In this document: positions 43,683 to 54,376 of the stretch, piece after piece | Position numbering within the stretch: position 1 is the first letter of the stretch | Layout: each line of letters begins with the position of its first letter | Origin: an uncultured delta proteobacterium | GTDB taxonomy: Bacteria; Desulfobacterota; Desulfuromonadia; Desulfuromonadales; JACZKF01 | Direction: 5' to 3' | Assembly: GCA_963816395.1 (NCBI GenBank) | Contig: CAWFKQ010000010.1 | Coordinates: forward strand, 160,001 to 224,000 | DNA length: 64,000 nt | Made by a program: the position numbers and the translations under genes | The notes under the pieces: generated by a model | What the model was told of the DNA's origin: nothing | What the model saw: the letters and a program-made list of their open reading frames with translations, nothing else | Database searches by the model: none

Positions 43683-44624
43683 ATGAATAAATTCAAGATC
43701 TTCTCTGGGAATTCCAACCTCCCTCTGGCCCGCGAAATATGTACCCAGTTGGCCGTCCCCCTGAGCTGCGCCAGAGTCAAAAACTTCTCCGATGGCGAGA
43801 TTATGGTCGAAATTGGGGAGAACGTCCGTGGACGGGACGTTTATGTGATGCAATCCACCTGTGCGCCGACGAACAACAACCTGATGGAGTTGCTGGTGAT
43901 GTTCGATGCCCTGAAACGGGCCTCGGCTGCTCGCATCACTGCCGTTATCCCTTACTTTGGTTATGCTCGCCAGGATCGTAAGGTGGCGCCGCGTACTCCC
44001 ATCACCAGTAAACTGGTGGCGGATCTGATCACCACGGCCGGCGCCGACCGGGTGCTGACCATGGATCTGCACGCTGGCCAAATCCAGGGATTTTTCAATA
44101 TCCCTGTCGATCATCTCTATGCCGCGCCGGTGATCCTGGAGTCGATCAAGGCACGTTTCCGGGAGCGGGTAGTGGTGGTCTCCCCTGACGCGGGCGGCAC
44201 GGAGCGGGCTCGCGCCTTTGCCAAACGACTCAATGCCGGTTTGGCGATTATCGACAAACGCCGCAGCGGTCCGAATGTTTCGGAGGTGATGCACATCATC
44301 GGCGATATCGATAACGAGATCTGCATCATCGTCGACGACATGATCGACACCGCTGGGACCCTCTGCCAGGCCGCTCGGGCGCTCAAGGAAAAAGGTGCCC
44401 GCGAGGTTTACGCCTGCGCCACCCATCCGGTGCTATCGGGGCCCGCGCTTGAGCGGATCAGTAAAGAGGATGGTTTGAAAGAGGTGGTGGTCACCAATTC
44501 GATTCCCCTCGATGACAAACTGAAACAATGTCCGAAGCTGCGCTGCCTTTCGGTAGCCGAGTTACTGGCCGAAGCGATCCGGCGTATCCACGGAGACGAA
44601 TCGGTCAGCTCCCTGTTCGTATAA
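43683..44624 (+). CDS. prs: Ribose-phosphate pyrophosphokinase
   Basis: [37 protein letters not shown]. Confidence 0.98.
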   Translation: MNKFKIFSGNSNLPLAREICTQLAVPLSCARVKNFSDGEIMVEIGENVRGRDVYVMQSTCAPTNNNLMELLVMFDALKRASAARITAVIPYFGYARQDRKVAPRTPITSKLVADLITTAGADRVLTMDLHAGQIQGFFNIPVDHLYAAPVILESIKARFRERVVVVSPDAGGTERARAFAKRLNAGLAIIDKRRSGPNVSEVMHIIGDIDNEICIIVDDMIDTAGTLCQAARALKEKGAREVYACATHPVLSGPALERISKEDGLKEVVVTNSIPLDDKLKQCPKLRCLSVAELLAEAIRRIHGDESVSSLFV

Positions 44625-44674
44625 CCTGGCATATCAGCCGAGCGTCTGAAAACCTACGAAGCGGAGGAAAATAC

Positions 44675-45277
44675 ATGGCACAATCGGATCTTAACGTTAG
44701 TTCACGACCGGTAACGGGCAAGGGTAGCGCCCGCGGACTGCGCCGGCAGGGACTGGCGCCGGCGGTGGTTTACGGAAAAGGGTTACAGCCCTGCGCTATT
44801 GCCGTCGCGCCGAAAGAATTGGAGAAAGCGATTTCCACCGAGGCCGGTTGGAATACTCTGATCACCCTGCGGGGGGATGGTGAATTCGCCGGCCGGATGG
44901 TGATTCTCAAAGATATGCAGGTCGATCCGATCCGTCGGCAAATTCTGCATGCCGATTTTCAGGCTATTGACCGCCAGACCAAGACCCATGTCATGGTGCC
45001 GGTGCATCCGATCGGCAAATCGGCTGGCGAGAAGGCTGGCGGCAATCTGCAGGTCATCCGTCATGAACTGGAGGTGGTTTGTCTTCCCGACGCCATCCCC
45101 AGCGCCATTGAGGTGGATGTGACGGAACTGGGCATCGGTGATGTGCTGCACATCGGCGACCTTGCTCTGCCGCCCGGCGTAGAGGTCTCTCATGACGTTA
45201 ACTTCACGGTGATCACCATCACTGGCCGCAAGGCGGAAGAGGAAACAGCCGCCGGCGAGGCGACTGCGGAAATCTGA
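44675..45277 (+). CDS. rplY: 50S ribosomal protein L25/Ctc
   Basis: GKGSARGLRRQG.PAVVYG, HADF, Ctc C-terminal domain; RBS ggagg. Confidence 0.93.
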   Translation: MAQSDLNVSSRPVTGKGSARGLRRQGLAPAVVYGKGLQPCAIAVAPKELEKAISTEAGWNTLITLRGDGEFAGRMVILKDMQVDPIRRQILHADFQAIDRQTKTHVMVPVHPIGKSAGEKAGGNLQVIRHELEVVCLPDAIPSAIEVDVTELGIGDVLHIGDLALPPGVEVSHDVNFTVITITGRKAEEETAAGEATAEI

Positions 45278-45288
45278 GCGAGGGCAGT

Positions 45289-45861
45289 TTGAAGCTTGTA
45301 GCCGGCCTCGGCAATCCGGAGAGCCGTTACGCTGCCACCCGCCACAACATCGGGTTCATGGCGGCGCAGCGACTTGCCGAACAGGCCGGAATCGCTCTGA
45401 AACGGCAGGGTTACCAGGGGGTATACGGGGTCGGCCGGATAGCCGGCGAGGAAGTAACCATTCTGCTTCCTCAGACCTACATGAACCTGAGCGGTGCCAG
45501 TGTCGGTTCCGCCTGCAGATCCCTCGGCATTGACCCGGGGGATTTGATCGTTGTCCACGATGACATCGACCTGCCCTTCGGAACACTGCGCATCAAAAGT
45601 GGCGGCGGCCATGGCGGCCATAATGGTATCCGCAACATCTGCCAGGCCTTGGGCAGCGGCGATTTTTTCCGGGTCAAAATCGGTGTGGGGCGGCCACCTG
45701 CCGGCGGCGATGTGGCAGGATACGTGCTCAACCCTTTCTCCGCCGAAGAACGCCAGAAGTTGGATCAGGTGATAGAGAATTCGGCTCAAGCCTTGACCAT
45801 CCTCTTGAAATCCGGGTTACAGCAGGCGATGAACGAATTCAACAATCTCATCATTTCATGA
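45289..45861 (+). CDS. pth: Peptidyl-tRNA hydrolase
   Basis: GLGNP, TRHNIGF, PQTYMNLSG, HDDID, GGHNG. Confidence 0.97.
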   Translation: MKLVAGLGNPESRYAATRHNIGFMAAQRLAEQAGIALKRQGYQGVYGVGRIAGEEVTILLPQTYMNLSGASVGSACRSLGIDPGDLIVVHDDIDLPFGTLRIKSGGGHGGHNGIRNICQALGSGDFFRVKIGVGRPPAGGDVAGYVLNPFSAEERQKLDQVIENSAQALTILLKSGLQQAMNEFNNLIIS

Positions 45862-45879
45862 CAGAAGGGAAGAAGTCCG

Positions 45880-47922
45880 ATGGAATTGCAGATGTTCGCA
45901 CCGATTTTGGGGGTGGCAGGGTTCATCATTGCCATCATGATCTACGCTGCTATCAAGAAGCAGCCGATCGGCAATCAGACGATGCAGGAGATTTCCGAAG
46001 CCATTCATGATGGCGCCATGGCTTTCCTGCGCCGCGAGTACATGGTGCTGGCGGTCTTTATCATACTGGTGTTCCTGCTGCTGATGATGGGAATGAATAT
46101 CCAGACCGCCCTGGCTTTTCTTGGGGGGGCTTTCTGCTCCATGACCTGTGGGTTCATCGGCATGAAGGCGGCCACCCGCGCCAACGTTAGGACCGCTGAG
46201 GCAGCCCGGACGGGCGGTCAGGGGAAAGCGCTGATGATCTCGTTTAACGGGGGAGCGGTCATGGGGATTTCGGTCGCCTCGCTTGGCCTGATCGGTCTCG
46301 GTATTGCCTACATCTCCTTTGGCGGCGATCCGGTCACCGCCCAATATATCAGCGGTTTTGCCATGGGGGCCAGTTCCATTGCCCTCTTCGCCCGGGTTGG
46401 CGGTGGCATCTACACCAAGGCGGCGGATGTCGGCGCCGACCTGGTCGGTAAGGTTGAGGCGGGAATTCCTGAGGATGATCCGCGCAACCCGGGCGTCATC
46501 GCCGACAATGTCGGTGACTGCGTCGGCGACACCGCCGGCATGGGCGCCGACATCTTTGAGTCTTACGTCGGATCCATCGTTGCCACTATCGCCATTGCCG
46601 CCGCCGCTGGCGAAGGGTTGATGAGCACCTTGGCTGGTTCGCCGGTCATTGCGGGCAGCGACCTGTTTAAATTGACCCAGGCTAACGCTATGCTGCTGCC
46701 GCTGGTGCTGGCAATGGCTGGCCTGATCTTTTCCCTGATCGGCGTCGGCTCCATGCGCTTCCTCAAAAATATCGACCCAGCCGCTGCCCTGCGCTACACT
46801 ACTTTTGTGGCCGCCGGCCTGTTCTTGGTCGCCGCTTACTTCATTATTCACGCTATGCACATCAGTAATGGCGTCTTCTGGGCGATCTTGGCCGGGACCG
46901 TCGCCGGCATCGTCATCGGCCTGATCACCGAATACTACACCTCGTCTGCGCCCGTTCAGCGCATTGCCGAGGCAAGCAAGACCGGTCCGGCCACCAACAT
47001 CATCCATGGTCTCGCCGTCGGCCTGGAAAGCTGCGCCGCTCCCATTCTTGTCATCTGCGTCGGGATCTATGTGGCCAATTTTTATGCCGGTCTCTACGGC
47101 ATCGGGATCGCTGCCGTCGGCATGCTGGCTACTGTCGGGGTGACCATGACCGTCGACGCCTATGGCCCGATTGCCGATAACGCCGGCGGCATCTCCGAAA
47201 TGGCCGGGCTTGGTCCCGACGTGCGCAAGATCACCGACGGTCTGGATGCCATCGGCAATACGACTGCCGCCGTCGGCAAAGGATTTGCCATCGGTTCCGC
47301 TGCACTGACCGCTCTCGCCCTATTTTCCGCCTATGCGACAGCGGTGAAGCTCACCTCTATCGACCTTATCAACCCCATGGTGGTGATCGGCCTGCTGATC
47401 GGTGGCGCTCTGCCCTTCTTCATCGGCGCCCTGACCATGACTTCCGTCGGGCGCGCCGCCGGCAAAATGGTTGACGAAATCCGCCGCCAATTCCGGGAAA
47501 TCCCCGGTCTGCTCGAAGGCAAGCCTGGAGTCAAGCCGGAACCTGCCAAATGCGTCGACATTTCCGCCCGGGCAGCGCTGCGGGAGATGATCCTCCCAGG
47601 TTTGGTCGCCGTCATCGCGCCCGTATTGGTCGGATTTTTCATCGGCAAGGAAGCTCTCGGCGGCATGCTCGCCGGGGCCACGGTGGCTGGGGTGCTCCTC
47701 GCTCTGATGATGTCCAATGGCGGCGGGGCCTGGGACAATGCGAAAAAATTCATTGAGAAGGGGGAACTTGCCGGTGAGAAGAAGGGGGGCGAGGCGCATA
47801 AAGCGGCCGTCGTCGGAGACACCGTTGGCGATCCCTTCAAAGATACATCCGGACCGGCAATGAACATCCTGATCAAGCTGATGAGCGTCGTCTCCCTGGT
47901 GATCGCCCCTCTCCTCGTCTGA
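45880..47922 (+). CDS. hppA: Membrane-integral pyrophosphatase, K+-dependent, probably Na+-translocating
   Basis: [38 protein letters not shown]. Confidence 0.95.
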   Translation: MELQMFAPILGVAGFIIAIMIYAAIKKQPIGNQTMQEISEAIHDGAMAFLRREYMVLAVFIILVFLLLMMGMNIQTALAFLGGAFCSMTCGFIGMKAATRANVRTAEAARTGGQGKALMISFNGGAVMGISVASLGLIGLGIAYISFGGDPVTAQYISGFAMGASSIALFARVGGGIYTKAADVGADLVGKVEAGIPEDDPRNPGVIADNVGDCVGDTAGMGADIFESYVGSIVATIAIAAAAGEGLMSTLAGSPVIAGSDLFKLTQANAMLLPLVLAMAGLIFSLIGVGSMRFLKNIDPAAALRYTTFVAAGLFLVAAYFIIHAMHISNGVFWAILAGTVAGIVIGLITEYYTSSAPVQRIAEASKTGPATNIIHGLAVGLESCAAPILVICVGIYVANFYAGLYGIGIAAVGMLATVGVTMTVDAYGPIADNAGGISEMAGLGPDVRKITDGLDAIGNTTAAVGKGFAIGSAALTALALFSAYATAVKLTSIDLINPMVVIGLLIGGALPFFIGALTMTSVGRAAGKMVDEIRRQFREIPGLLEGKPGVKPEPAKCVDISARAALREMILPGLVAVIAPVLVGFFIGKEALGGMLAGATVAGVLLALMMSNGGGAWDNAKKFIEKGELAGEKKGGEAHKAAVVGDTVGDPFKDTSGPAMNILIKLMSVVSLVIAPLLV

Positions 47923-47946
47923 AGCGCGGAAATCACCTGAGCTGAC

Positions 47947-47980
47947 CGATAGCCGGGGTCCTGCCCCGGCTATCGCTTTT
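47947..47980 (+). terminator. Rho-independent terminator
   Basis: cgatagccgggg-tcctg-ccccggctatcg followed by ctttt. Confidence 0.75.
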
Positions 47981-48004
47981 ACAGACTCGCAGAAGAGAAA
48001 ACAC

Positions 48005-49101
48005 ATGGGCTTCAAATGCGGCATCGTCGGCCTGCCCAACGTCGGCAAGTCGACCATCTTCAACGCCATTACATCCGCCGGGGCCGAATCGGCCAATTAT
48101 CCTTTCTGTACCATCGAGCCGAACGTCGGTGTGGTGGCCGTTCCCGACCCGCGTCTGGATACCTTGGCCCGCCTCGTCAATCCGCAGAAGGTGGTCCCGA
48201 CGACTCTGGAGTTCGTCGATATCGCCGGCCTGGTGAAAGGGGCAAGCCGGGGGGAGGGGTTGGGTAACCAGTTCCTTGGGCATATTCGGCAGGTAGACGC
48301 CATTGCCCATATCGTACGCTGTTTCGAGGACGAGAATGTCGTGCACGTCGACGGCTCGATCGATCCCGTGCGTGATGTTGAAGTCGTTCAGACGGAGCTG
48401 AACCTGGCCGATCTGGAGACGGTAGAGAAACGTATCGGCCGCACCGAAAAACAGGCCAGGAGCGGCGACAGAAAGCTGCAGGCCGAACTGGCGGTTCTGC
48501 TTAAGCTCCGGTCCCTGCTAAATGCCATGCAGCCCGCCCGGGCCGCCGAACTGAATGACGAAGAACGGCAGGTTCTGAGAGAGTTGCATCTGATTACCGC
48601 CAAGCCGGTCCTGTACGTCGCCAATGTGGCGGAGGACGATCTCGACGGACGCCATCCGCACGTCGACTCGGGTGCGGCGACTTGCCGAGGCGGAGGGGGC
48701 GGAGATGGTGATGATCTGCGGCAAGATCGAAGCCGAGATTGCCGAACTTCCGCCGGCTGAAAAGGATGAATTCCTCCGTGAGTTGGGTCTGGTTGAATCC
48801 GGCCTGGACCGGATGATTCATGCCGGTTATCATCTGCTCGGGCTGATTACTTACTTCACCGCTGGTCCTAAGGAGGTCCGTGCCTGGACCATCACCCGAG
48901 GCTACCCGCGCGCCCGGGGCTGCCGGAGTGATCCATTCGGATTTTGAGAAAGGGTTCATCCGTGCCGAGGTAATCGCTTACGACGATTTCGTCGACTCCG
49001 GCAGCGAGGCGGCGGCCAGGGAGAAGGGGCTGCTGCGGCTGGAGGGAAAAGAATACCTGGTGCGGGATGGCGACATCATGCATTTCCGCTTCAATGTCTA
49101 G
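48005..49101 (+). CDS. ychF: Redox-regulated ATPase YchF (frameshifts ~48668, ~48903)
   Basis: [55 protein letters not shown]. Confidence 0.96.
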
Positions 49102-49177
49102 AATATTTATTGAAATTCCACCCATATTGTGCTAATAAACTAAGTTCTTTTCAGACTGGATGCCAGAGGGGCGTCCA

Positions 49178-49222
49178 CTCCTTGCTCCGGGCCGTTCCCG
49201 GGGCTCGTCAACCCGTGAGGAG
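49178..49222 (+). promoter_or_regulatory. S6:S18 ribosomal protein leader RNA
   Basis: CTCCTTGC pairs with GTGAGGAG (contains the SD), inner hairpin, CCG motif just before the 3' strand; directly upstream of rpsF. Confidence 0.75.
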
Positions 49223-49230
49223 AAAACCGA

Positions 49231-49608
49231 ATGCGCACCTACGAAACGATCTTCATTGTCCATCCGGATTCGGTCGGTGACCAGTATGCCGGCATCATTG
49301 AGAAGTTCAGGAAAGTGCTGGAAGAGCAGGGCGCTAACATTCTCAAGCTGGAAGAATGGGGCACCCGCAAGCTGGCATATTCCGTGAAAAAGCAGGTTCG
49401 CGGCACTTTCGTGCTGGTTGCCTACGAGGCTGGTCCCCAAGTGATCGCCGAATTCGAACGGCGTATGCGGATCGATGAAAGCATCATCAAATTCCAGACC
49501 GTTCATTTGCCCAAGGGTCTGCCGGCGGTGAAGGAAGAGGCCGCGGCGCCGGCTGCGGAAGAGGCCAGTGAAAGCGAAACTGCCGCTGAGGAAACCGAAG
49601 AGGCTTAA
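49231..49608 (+). CDS. rpsF: 30S ribosomal protein S6
   Basis: MRTYETIFIVHP, WGTRKLAY, acidic tail. Confidence 0.97.
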   Translation: MRTYETIFIVHPDSVGDQYAGIIEKFRKVLEEQGANILKLEEWGTRKLAYSVKKQVRGTFVLVAYEAGPQVIAEFERRMRIDESIIKFQTVHLPKGLPAVKEEAAAPAAEEASESETAAEETEEA

Positions 49609-49638
49609 AGTTAACCGATCAGATGGAGGATCACCTAT

Positions 49639-49908
49639 ATGGCAGACGATAGAAGACCCGCCCGCCCCGCCGCTCCTCGCCGTCGCTTCATGCGGCGCAA
49701 AGGCTGCCGTTTCTGTGCTGACAACACCCTTCGCATTGACTATAAAGAAGTGCGTACGCTGCGCTATTTCATATCCGAGCGGGGCAAGATCGTTCCTCGC
49801 CGTATTTCAGGAAACTGCGCAGATCACCAGAGAAAAGTCACAGAAGCCATCAAATTGGCCCGAAATATCGCCCTGCTGCCTTTTACCGCCGGGCATTCCC
49901 TGGACTGA
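49639..49908 (+). CDS. rpsR: 30S ribosomal protein S18 (zinc-ligand-retaining form)
   Basis: [36 protein letters not shown]. Confidence 0.97.
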   Translation: MADDRRPARPAAPRRRFMRRKGCRFCADNTLRIDYKEVRTLRYFISERGKIVPRRISGNCADHQRKVTEAIKLARNIALLPFTAGHSLD

Positions 49909-49932
49909 TCTGAAGTCCGGGAACGGATAACG

Positions 49933-50859
49933 ATGGGACAGCAGCTGCGTTACCTGCTGATCGGAACCCTGCTGACCCTGCTGCTGCAGTTGGCAGCGGG
50001 GCTGCTGGGGCCGTTCGGCCTGCTTTTCAACTTCTTCGTCCCCTTTCCGGCCGCCTTCACCGGCATGCGACGGGGGGCAGCGTTGGCTGGCGGCGTCGTC
50101 ATGCTGACGGCAGCGGCCCTGCTCGGCATGGGCGAGGCTGCGGGTGCGGCCGTCTACTTCCTCCAATTTGGTCTTGGCTCCTGGATGCTGCCGCTGCTGC
50201 TGCGTCGCAGGTGGCCATGGGATCGGACGGTAGCTGCCATCCTGCTGACCCTGACGGTGGTATCCGGCCTGACCTTGACGGCCTTCGCCGCCACCCACCA
50301 GGAGCCGGTTGGTGCCGTGGTCGAACGCTATCTGCAGGGGGAGAGAGCGCGGGCAATGGCCATCTACCGGCAGGCTGGGGCGTCGCCCGAACAGGAGAGC
50401 GAATTGCAGACGATCACCGAACAGGTGGCCAGCTTTCTCGTACGGGCCTGGCCTGGGCTGGGGGTCGTCGGCACCGGCGTTCTGCTGCTGCTCACGCTCT
50501 TTTTTCTTGCCATTGCAGCAAAGGAGCGCTACACGGTGCCAGGACCATCTTTCCGTCTGTGGAAGGCCCCGGAAAACCTGGTGTGGCTCCTCATTGCTGC
50601 CGGCGCTGCCCAACTCCTCAGCGGAGGAGTCCTAAAACAGACGGGCCTGAACGTGTTGCTGGTCATCATGCCGGTCTACTTTCTGCAGGGGCTGGCGATT
50701 GTCCACTACTATTTTCGCAAGAGGAATGTCTCGCCCCTCTTCAGCAGCCTGAGCTATCTGATGATTACGGTCCTCAATCCCCTGCCCCTGGTGGTTACCG
50801 GAGTAGGAGTCTTCGACCTCTGGGTCGATTTCCGCAAACCGCGGATCACAAGAACCTAG
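49933..50859 (+). CDS. DUF2232/YybS-family membrane protein
   Basis: Multi-TM, YFLQGLAIV, GVFDLWVDFRK; lies between rpsR and rplI. Confidence 0.85.
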   Translation: MGQQLRYLLIGTLLTLLLQLAAGLLGPFGLLFNFFVPFPAAFTGMRRGAALAGGVVMLTAAALLGMGEAAGAAVYFLQFGLGSWMLPLLLRRRWPWDRTVAAILLTLTVVSGLTLTAFAATHQEPVGAVVERYLQGERARAMAIYRQAGASPEQESELQTITEQVASFLVRAWPGLGVVGTGVLLLLTLFFLAIAAKERYTVPGPSFRLWKAPENLVWLLIAAGAAQLLSGGVLKQTGLNVLLVIMPVYFLQGLAIVHYYFRKRNVSPLFSSLSYLMITVLNPLPLVVTGVGVFDLWVDFRKPRITRT

Positions 50860-50880
50860 ACCCCTGAACGGGAGGATATA

Positions 50881-51328
50881 ATGAATATCATTCTGACGGA
50901 AAATGTGGATAACCTCGGCAAAATTGGCGACATGGTCAAGGTCAAGCCCGGTTACGCGAGGAACTTCCTTGTCCCCCGCAAGCTGGGCATCGAGGCCAAC
51001 CCCCGTAACCTGCGCGAGCTTGAGCACCAGAAGCGGCAGATGGAGCGCAAACGCCAGCGGGTTACTCAGGAGGCGGAGGTGCTGAAGACCCGTATCGAGG
51101 GAGTTGCCTGCGTTTTCGCCCATCGGGCCAGTGAAGAGGGCAAGCTTTTCGGGTCGGTTACGGCGATGGAAATTGCCGAAAAATTAGCTGGCTAGCGGCA
51201 TTGAAGTGGACCGCAAGAAGATTCAGTTGGCAGAGCCGATTAAAACTCTTGGTGAACACCAGGTGCCGATCAGGTTGCAGGCCGGAGTGACAGCCAATAT
51301 CAAGGTCCTGGTCAAGGTAGAGGAATAA
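50881..51328 (+). CDS. rplI: 50S ribosomal protein L9 (frameshift ~51190)
   Basis: LGKIGDMVKVKPGYARNFL, GKLFGSVT, then GIEVDRKKI..PIKTLGEH in the +1 frame. Confidence 0.96.
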
Positions 51329-51525
51329 GGCAGGATACGAAAGCCGGGAAAGGAAAATCCAGGGGCGTAGGGGCGGATTTTGCCCTTCGCCCCTGAGATT
51401 GCTGCCGCTGGCTTGAGTGTCCGATTCATGGCCGGCCATGCACTTTCCCCTGTCCCTGTCCTTGCGCTCATAGCGGCCGGAAATATTCGCCCCCGCGTCT
51501 GCCGTTCTGCCGGAGCCGTACCCGC

Positions 51526-52899
51526 ATGTCCGATGCCCCTGTCCCATCCCATCGTCTTCCCCCCCAAAGCCTGGAAGGTGAGATGTCCGTTCTCGGCGGC
51601 ATCCTGCTGGAGAATGACGCACTCAACAAAACCCTCGAGATTCTGCGTGCCGATGATTTTTACCGGGAAAGTCACCGGAAAATTTTTAACGCCATGCTCG
51701 AACTTTCCGAGCGCCGGGAACCCGCCGACCTGGTTACCCTCACCGCCGTGCTGCAGCAGCGTGGAGATTTTGATGCCGTAGGGGGAGGATCCTACCTGAC
51801 CACCCTCGCTGACTACGTTCCTACCGCGGCCAATATCGTCTATTACTGCCGACTGGTTAAGGAAAAGGCACTTGCCCGCCGCCTCATCCAGGTGGCGACG
51901 GAGATCGCCACCCGCGGCTTCGAAGGGGGCGATATCGAGGAGAATCTCGACTGGGCGGAAAAATCGATTTTCGAGATTGCCGGCATGAAGTCCCGGCCAT
52001 CCTATTTCTCCACCCGCGAGATCCTCAAGGACACCTTCAAAACCATCGAGAAGCTCTTCGATCGCAAGGAACTGGTCACCGGCGTCCCTACGGGTTTCGA
52101 TGACCTGGATGCAATGACCGCCGGCCTGCAAGGGGCCGATCTGGTGATTGTCGCCGGCCGTCCGTCCATGGGGAAAACGGCCTTCTGCCTCAATTTGGTT
52201 GAAAATGCGGCCATCCACACCGAAACGCCGACTCCCACCCTGTTTTTTTCCCTGGAGATGAGCAAGGAGCAACTGGTGCAGCGGATGCTCTGCTCTGTCT
52301 CTCGAGTCGACGCCAGCCGCTTGCGCACTGGCCATCTGGGAGAATCGGACTGGCCCAAGTTGACCAACGGTGCCGGCCTGCTCTCTGAAGCGCCGATCTT
52401 TATCGATGATACCCCAGCCATCTCCATCCTCGAACTGCGGGCCAAGGCACGCCGTCTGAAGGCGGAAAAAAACCTCGGACTGATCGTGGTCGACTACCTG
52501 CAGTTGATGCGGGGGCACAATTCCGAGAGCCGACAGCAGGAAATCTCGGAAATCTCCCGATCGCTCAAAGCCCTGGCCAAAGAACTCAGCCTGCCCGTGG
52601 TCGCCCTTTCCCAGCTCAACCGCTCCCTTGAGAACCGAACCGACAAGCGCCCGATCATGGCCGATCTGCGCGAATCCGGCGCCATCGAGCAGGATGCCGA
52701 CGTCATTCTGTTCGTCTATCGCGAGGCGGTCTACTGCGAAGCCTGCAAAAGCAAGGAGAAGACTTGCGAAAAAGGGCATGAGCGGGATGCCGAAATCGTC
52801 ATTGGCAAACAGCGCAACGGACCTATCGGGACCGTTCACCTCACCTTCCGCGGTGAATTCACCCGGTTTGAGAATCAGGCCAGAAGGAATGAATTCTGA
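51526..52899 (+). CDS. dnaB: Replicative DNA helicase
   Basis: PPQSLEGE, GRPSMGKT, FSLEM, VVDYLQL, LSQLNR, DLRESGAIEQDAD, KQRNGP. Confidence 0.98.
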   Translation: MSDAPVPSHRLPPQSLEGEMSVLGGILLENDALNKTLEILRADDFYRESHRKIFNAMLELSERREPADLVTLTAVLQQRGDFDAVGGGSYLTTLADYVPTAANIVYYCRLVKEKALARRLIQVATEIATRGFEGGDIEENLDWAEKSIFEIAGMKSRPSYFSTREILKDTFKTIEKLFDRKELVTGVPTGFDDLDAMTAGLQGADLVIVAGRPSMGKTAFCLNLVENAAIHTETPTPTLFFSLEMSKEQLVQRMLCSVSRVDASRLRTGHLGESDWPKLTNGAGLLSEAPIFIDDTPAISILELRAKARRLKAEKNLGLIVVDYLQLMRGHNSESRQQEISEISRSLKALAKELSLPVVALSQLNRSLENRTDKRPIMADLRESGAIEQDADVILFVYREAVYCEACKSKEKTCEKGHERDAEIVIGKQRNGPIGTVHLTFRGEFTRFENQARRNEF

Positions 52900-52954
52900 G
52901 GCTGCCCTCCCCAGACAGGTGAGGCTCCTCTTTCTTGTCTGCTGTCTAGAACGA

Positions 52955-52981
52955 AACCGGGCTTTGTCCCGGTTTTTTGTT
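52955..52981 (+). terminator. Rho-independent terminator after dnaB
   Basis: aaaccggg-ctttgt-cccggttt followed by ttttgt. Confidence 0.75.
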
Positions 52982-53009
52982 TGACACGCCTTTTTTCTCA
53001 GGCTATAAA
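52981..53009 (+). promoter_or_regulatory. Strong sigma70 promoter
   Basis: TTGACA-N17-TATAAA. Confidence 0.7.
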
Positions 53010-53089
53010 ATAATTAAAAAATGTGAATAAAAGACCTCCTGGACGGCAGTTGTTTCAGATTGCCTGTCTAGCGGTGGGGGAGATTCTAA

Positions 53090-54289
53090 ATGCTAGCCGA
53101 GACATTCACGGGAGACCTGTACTCCGGATTTGTCCGGAAGGTAGTGGCCCCACTGTGGGCGTGGCAAGGGGGCCGTTCGAGGCAGGTATATCTCCGACGG
53201 TTCGAGAAGGCGCACGTCCATTCTCCAGCGGAGACCCAGTGCAGCCAATGGCAGAGATTGCAGCAATTGCTGCGACATGCCTGCCGCCATTCCCCATTCT
53301 ATGCCGAGCGGATGCATGCATGCGGCATGCGGCCCGAAGATTTCCGGACCTGGCATGACCTGGGCCGACTTCCCTTCCTCACTCGCGAGGAGGTTCGGGC
53401 GCACCGCCAGCGACTGCTTGCCTCTCCCCCGGTCCAACTGCTGCCGTTACCGAACTCCTTAGGAGGGGGCGACCCCGAGTTCGTCATCGATGGCGCCGGT
53501 AGACGGTTCAAACAGGCCAACTCCGTCGCTTTCCGGCAATGGACCGGCTGGCGTCTGGGGGAAAAGATGGCGGAAATCGGCGAACACCCCCGGCAACCGC
53601 AGAGTTGGCGGCAGAAAGTGTTCAATCTGTTGCTGGAGCGCTGCATCACTCCCGACACCCTGCCCATGGATGAGGCTGCAATGCTGCGCTTCTACCGGGA
53701 AATCCGCCGGCAGCGGCCGACACTTCTGTCTAGCCCGTCCAGCGACCTTCTTCTTTTCGCGAGATTTTTGCGGCATCTTGGATTACAGGATATCCGCCCC
53801 CGCGGAATCATCAGCAGCACAACTGCCCTGAATGACCTGGAACGCCGGGAGATCGAAGCCCAATTCCATTGCCGGGTGACCAACCAACACAGCTCGCCTG
53901 GGATCGGTCTGATTGCCTCCGAATGTCCGGAGCACCGCGGCCTGCATCTTAACCTCGACACTGTACTGGTTGAGATTCTTCGCGACGGCAGCCCTGTTTC
54001 CTCCGGTCAGCCGGGGGAACTGGTGGTGACCGATCTGACCAACTTCGGAATGCCGCTGATCCGTTATAGAACTGGCGATTTCGGCATCCCCTCCGAGCGC
54101 TCCTGCCCCTGCGGCTGCCGTTACCCGCTGCTGGAGACAATTATCAGCGGCAGCAGCTATCAGTCGAGACACCCCGGTCCCGAACGTTTGCCGGCTGAGT
54201 GTCTGGCCCACCGCCCGGGAATGAAAATAGGGTCGTCGCCTCGCTCCTGCAGCGTTCCCGATTCGTCCATGGAGCGTTTCTGTTCCTGA
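53090..54289 (+). CDS. Phenylacetate-CoA ligase/CapK-like protein with degenerate catalytic motifs
   Basis: HSPFY, DLGRLPFLTR, IASEC..GLHLN, GELVVTDLTNFGMPLIRYRTGD, CPCG; no TSGSTG or YGxxE motif. Confidence 0.75.
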   Translation: MLAETFTGDLYSGFVRKVVAPLWAWQGGRSRQVYLRRFEKAHVHSPAETQCSQWQRLQQLLRHACRHSPFYAERMHACGMRPEDFRTWHDLGRLPFLTREEVRAHRQRLLASPPVQLLPLPNSLGGGDPEFVIDGAGRRFKQANSVAFRQWTGWRLGEKMAEIGEHPRQPQSWRQKVFNLLLERCITPDTLPMDEAAMLRFYREIRRQRPTLLSSPSSDLLLFARFLRHLGLQDIRPRGIISSTTALNDLERREIEAQFHCRVTNQHSSPGIGLIASECPEHRGLHLNLDTVLVEILRDGSPVSSGQPGELVVTDLTNFGMPLIRYRTGDFGIPSERSCPCGCRYPLLETIISGSSYQSRHPGPERLPAECLAHRPGMKIGSSPRSCSVPDSSMERFCS

Positions 54290-54376
54290 GTTCCCTCCCT
54301 CAATAAGGGTGTTTGCATCGCTCCGGGCGCGGGCTATACTGACGTGCAAATCAAAACCGGAAGGAATGCGGTATTT

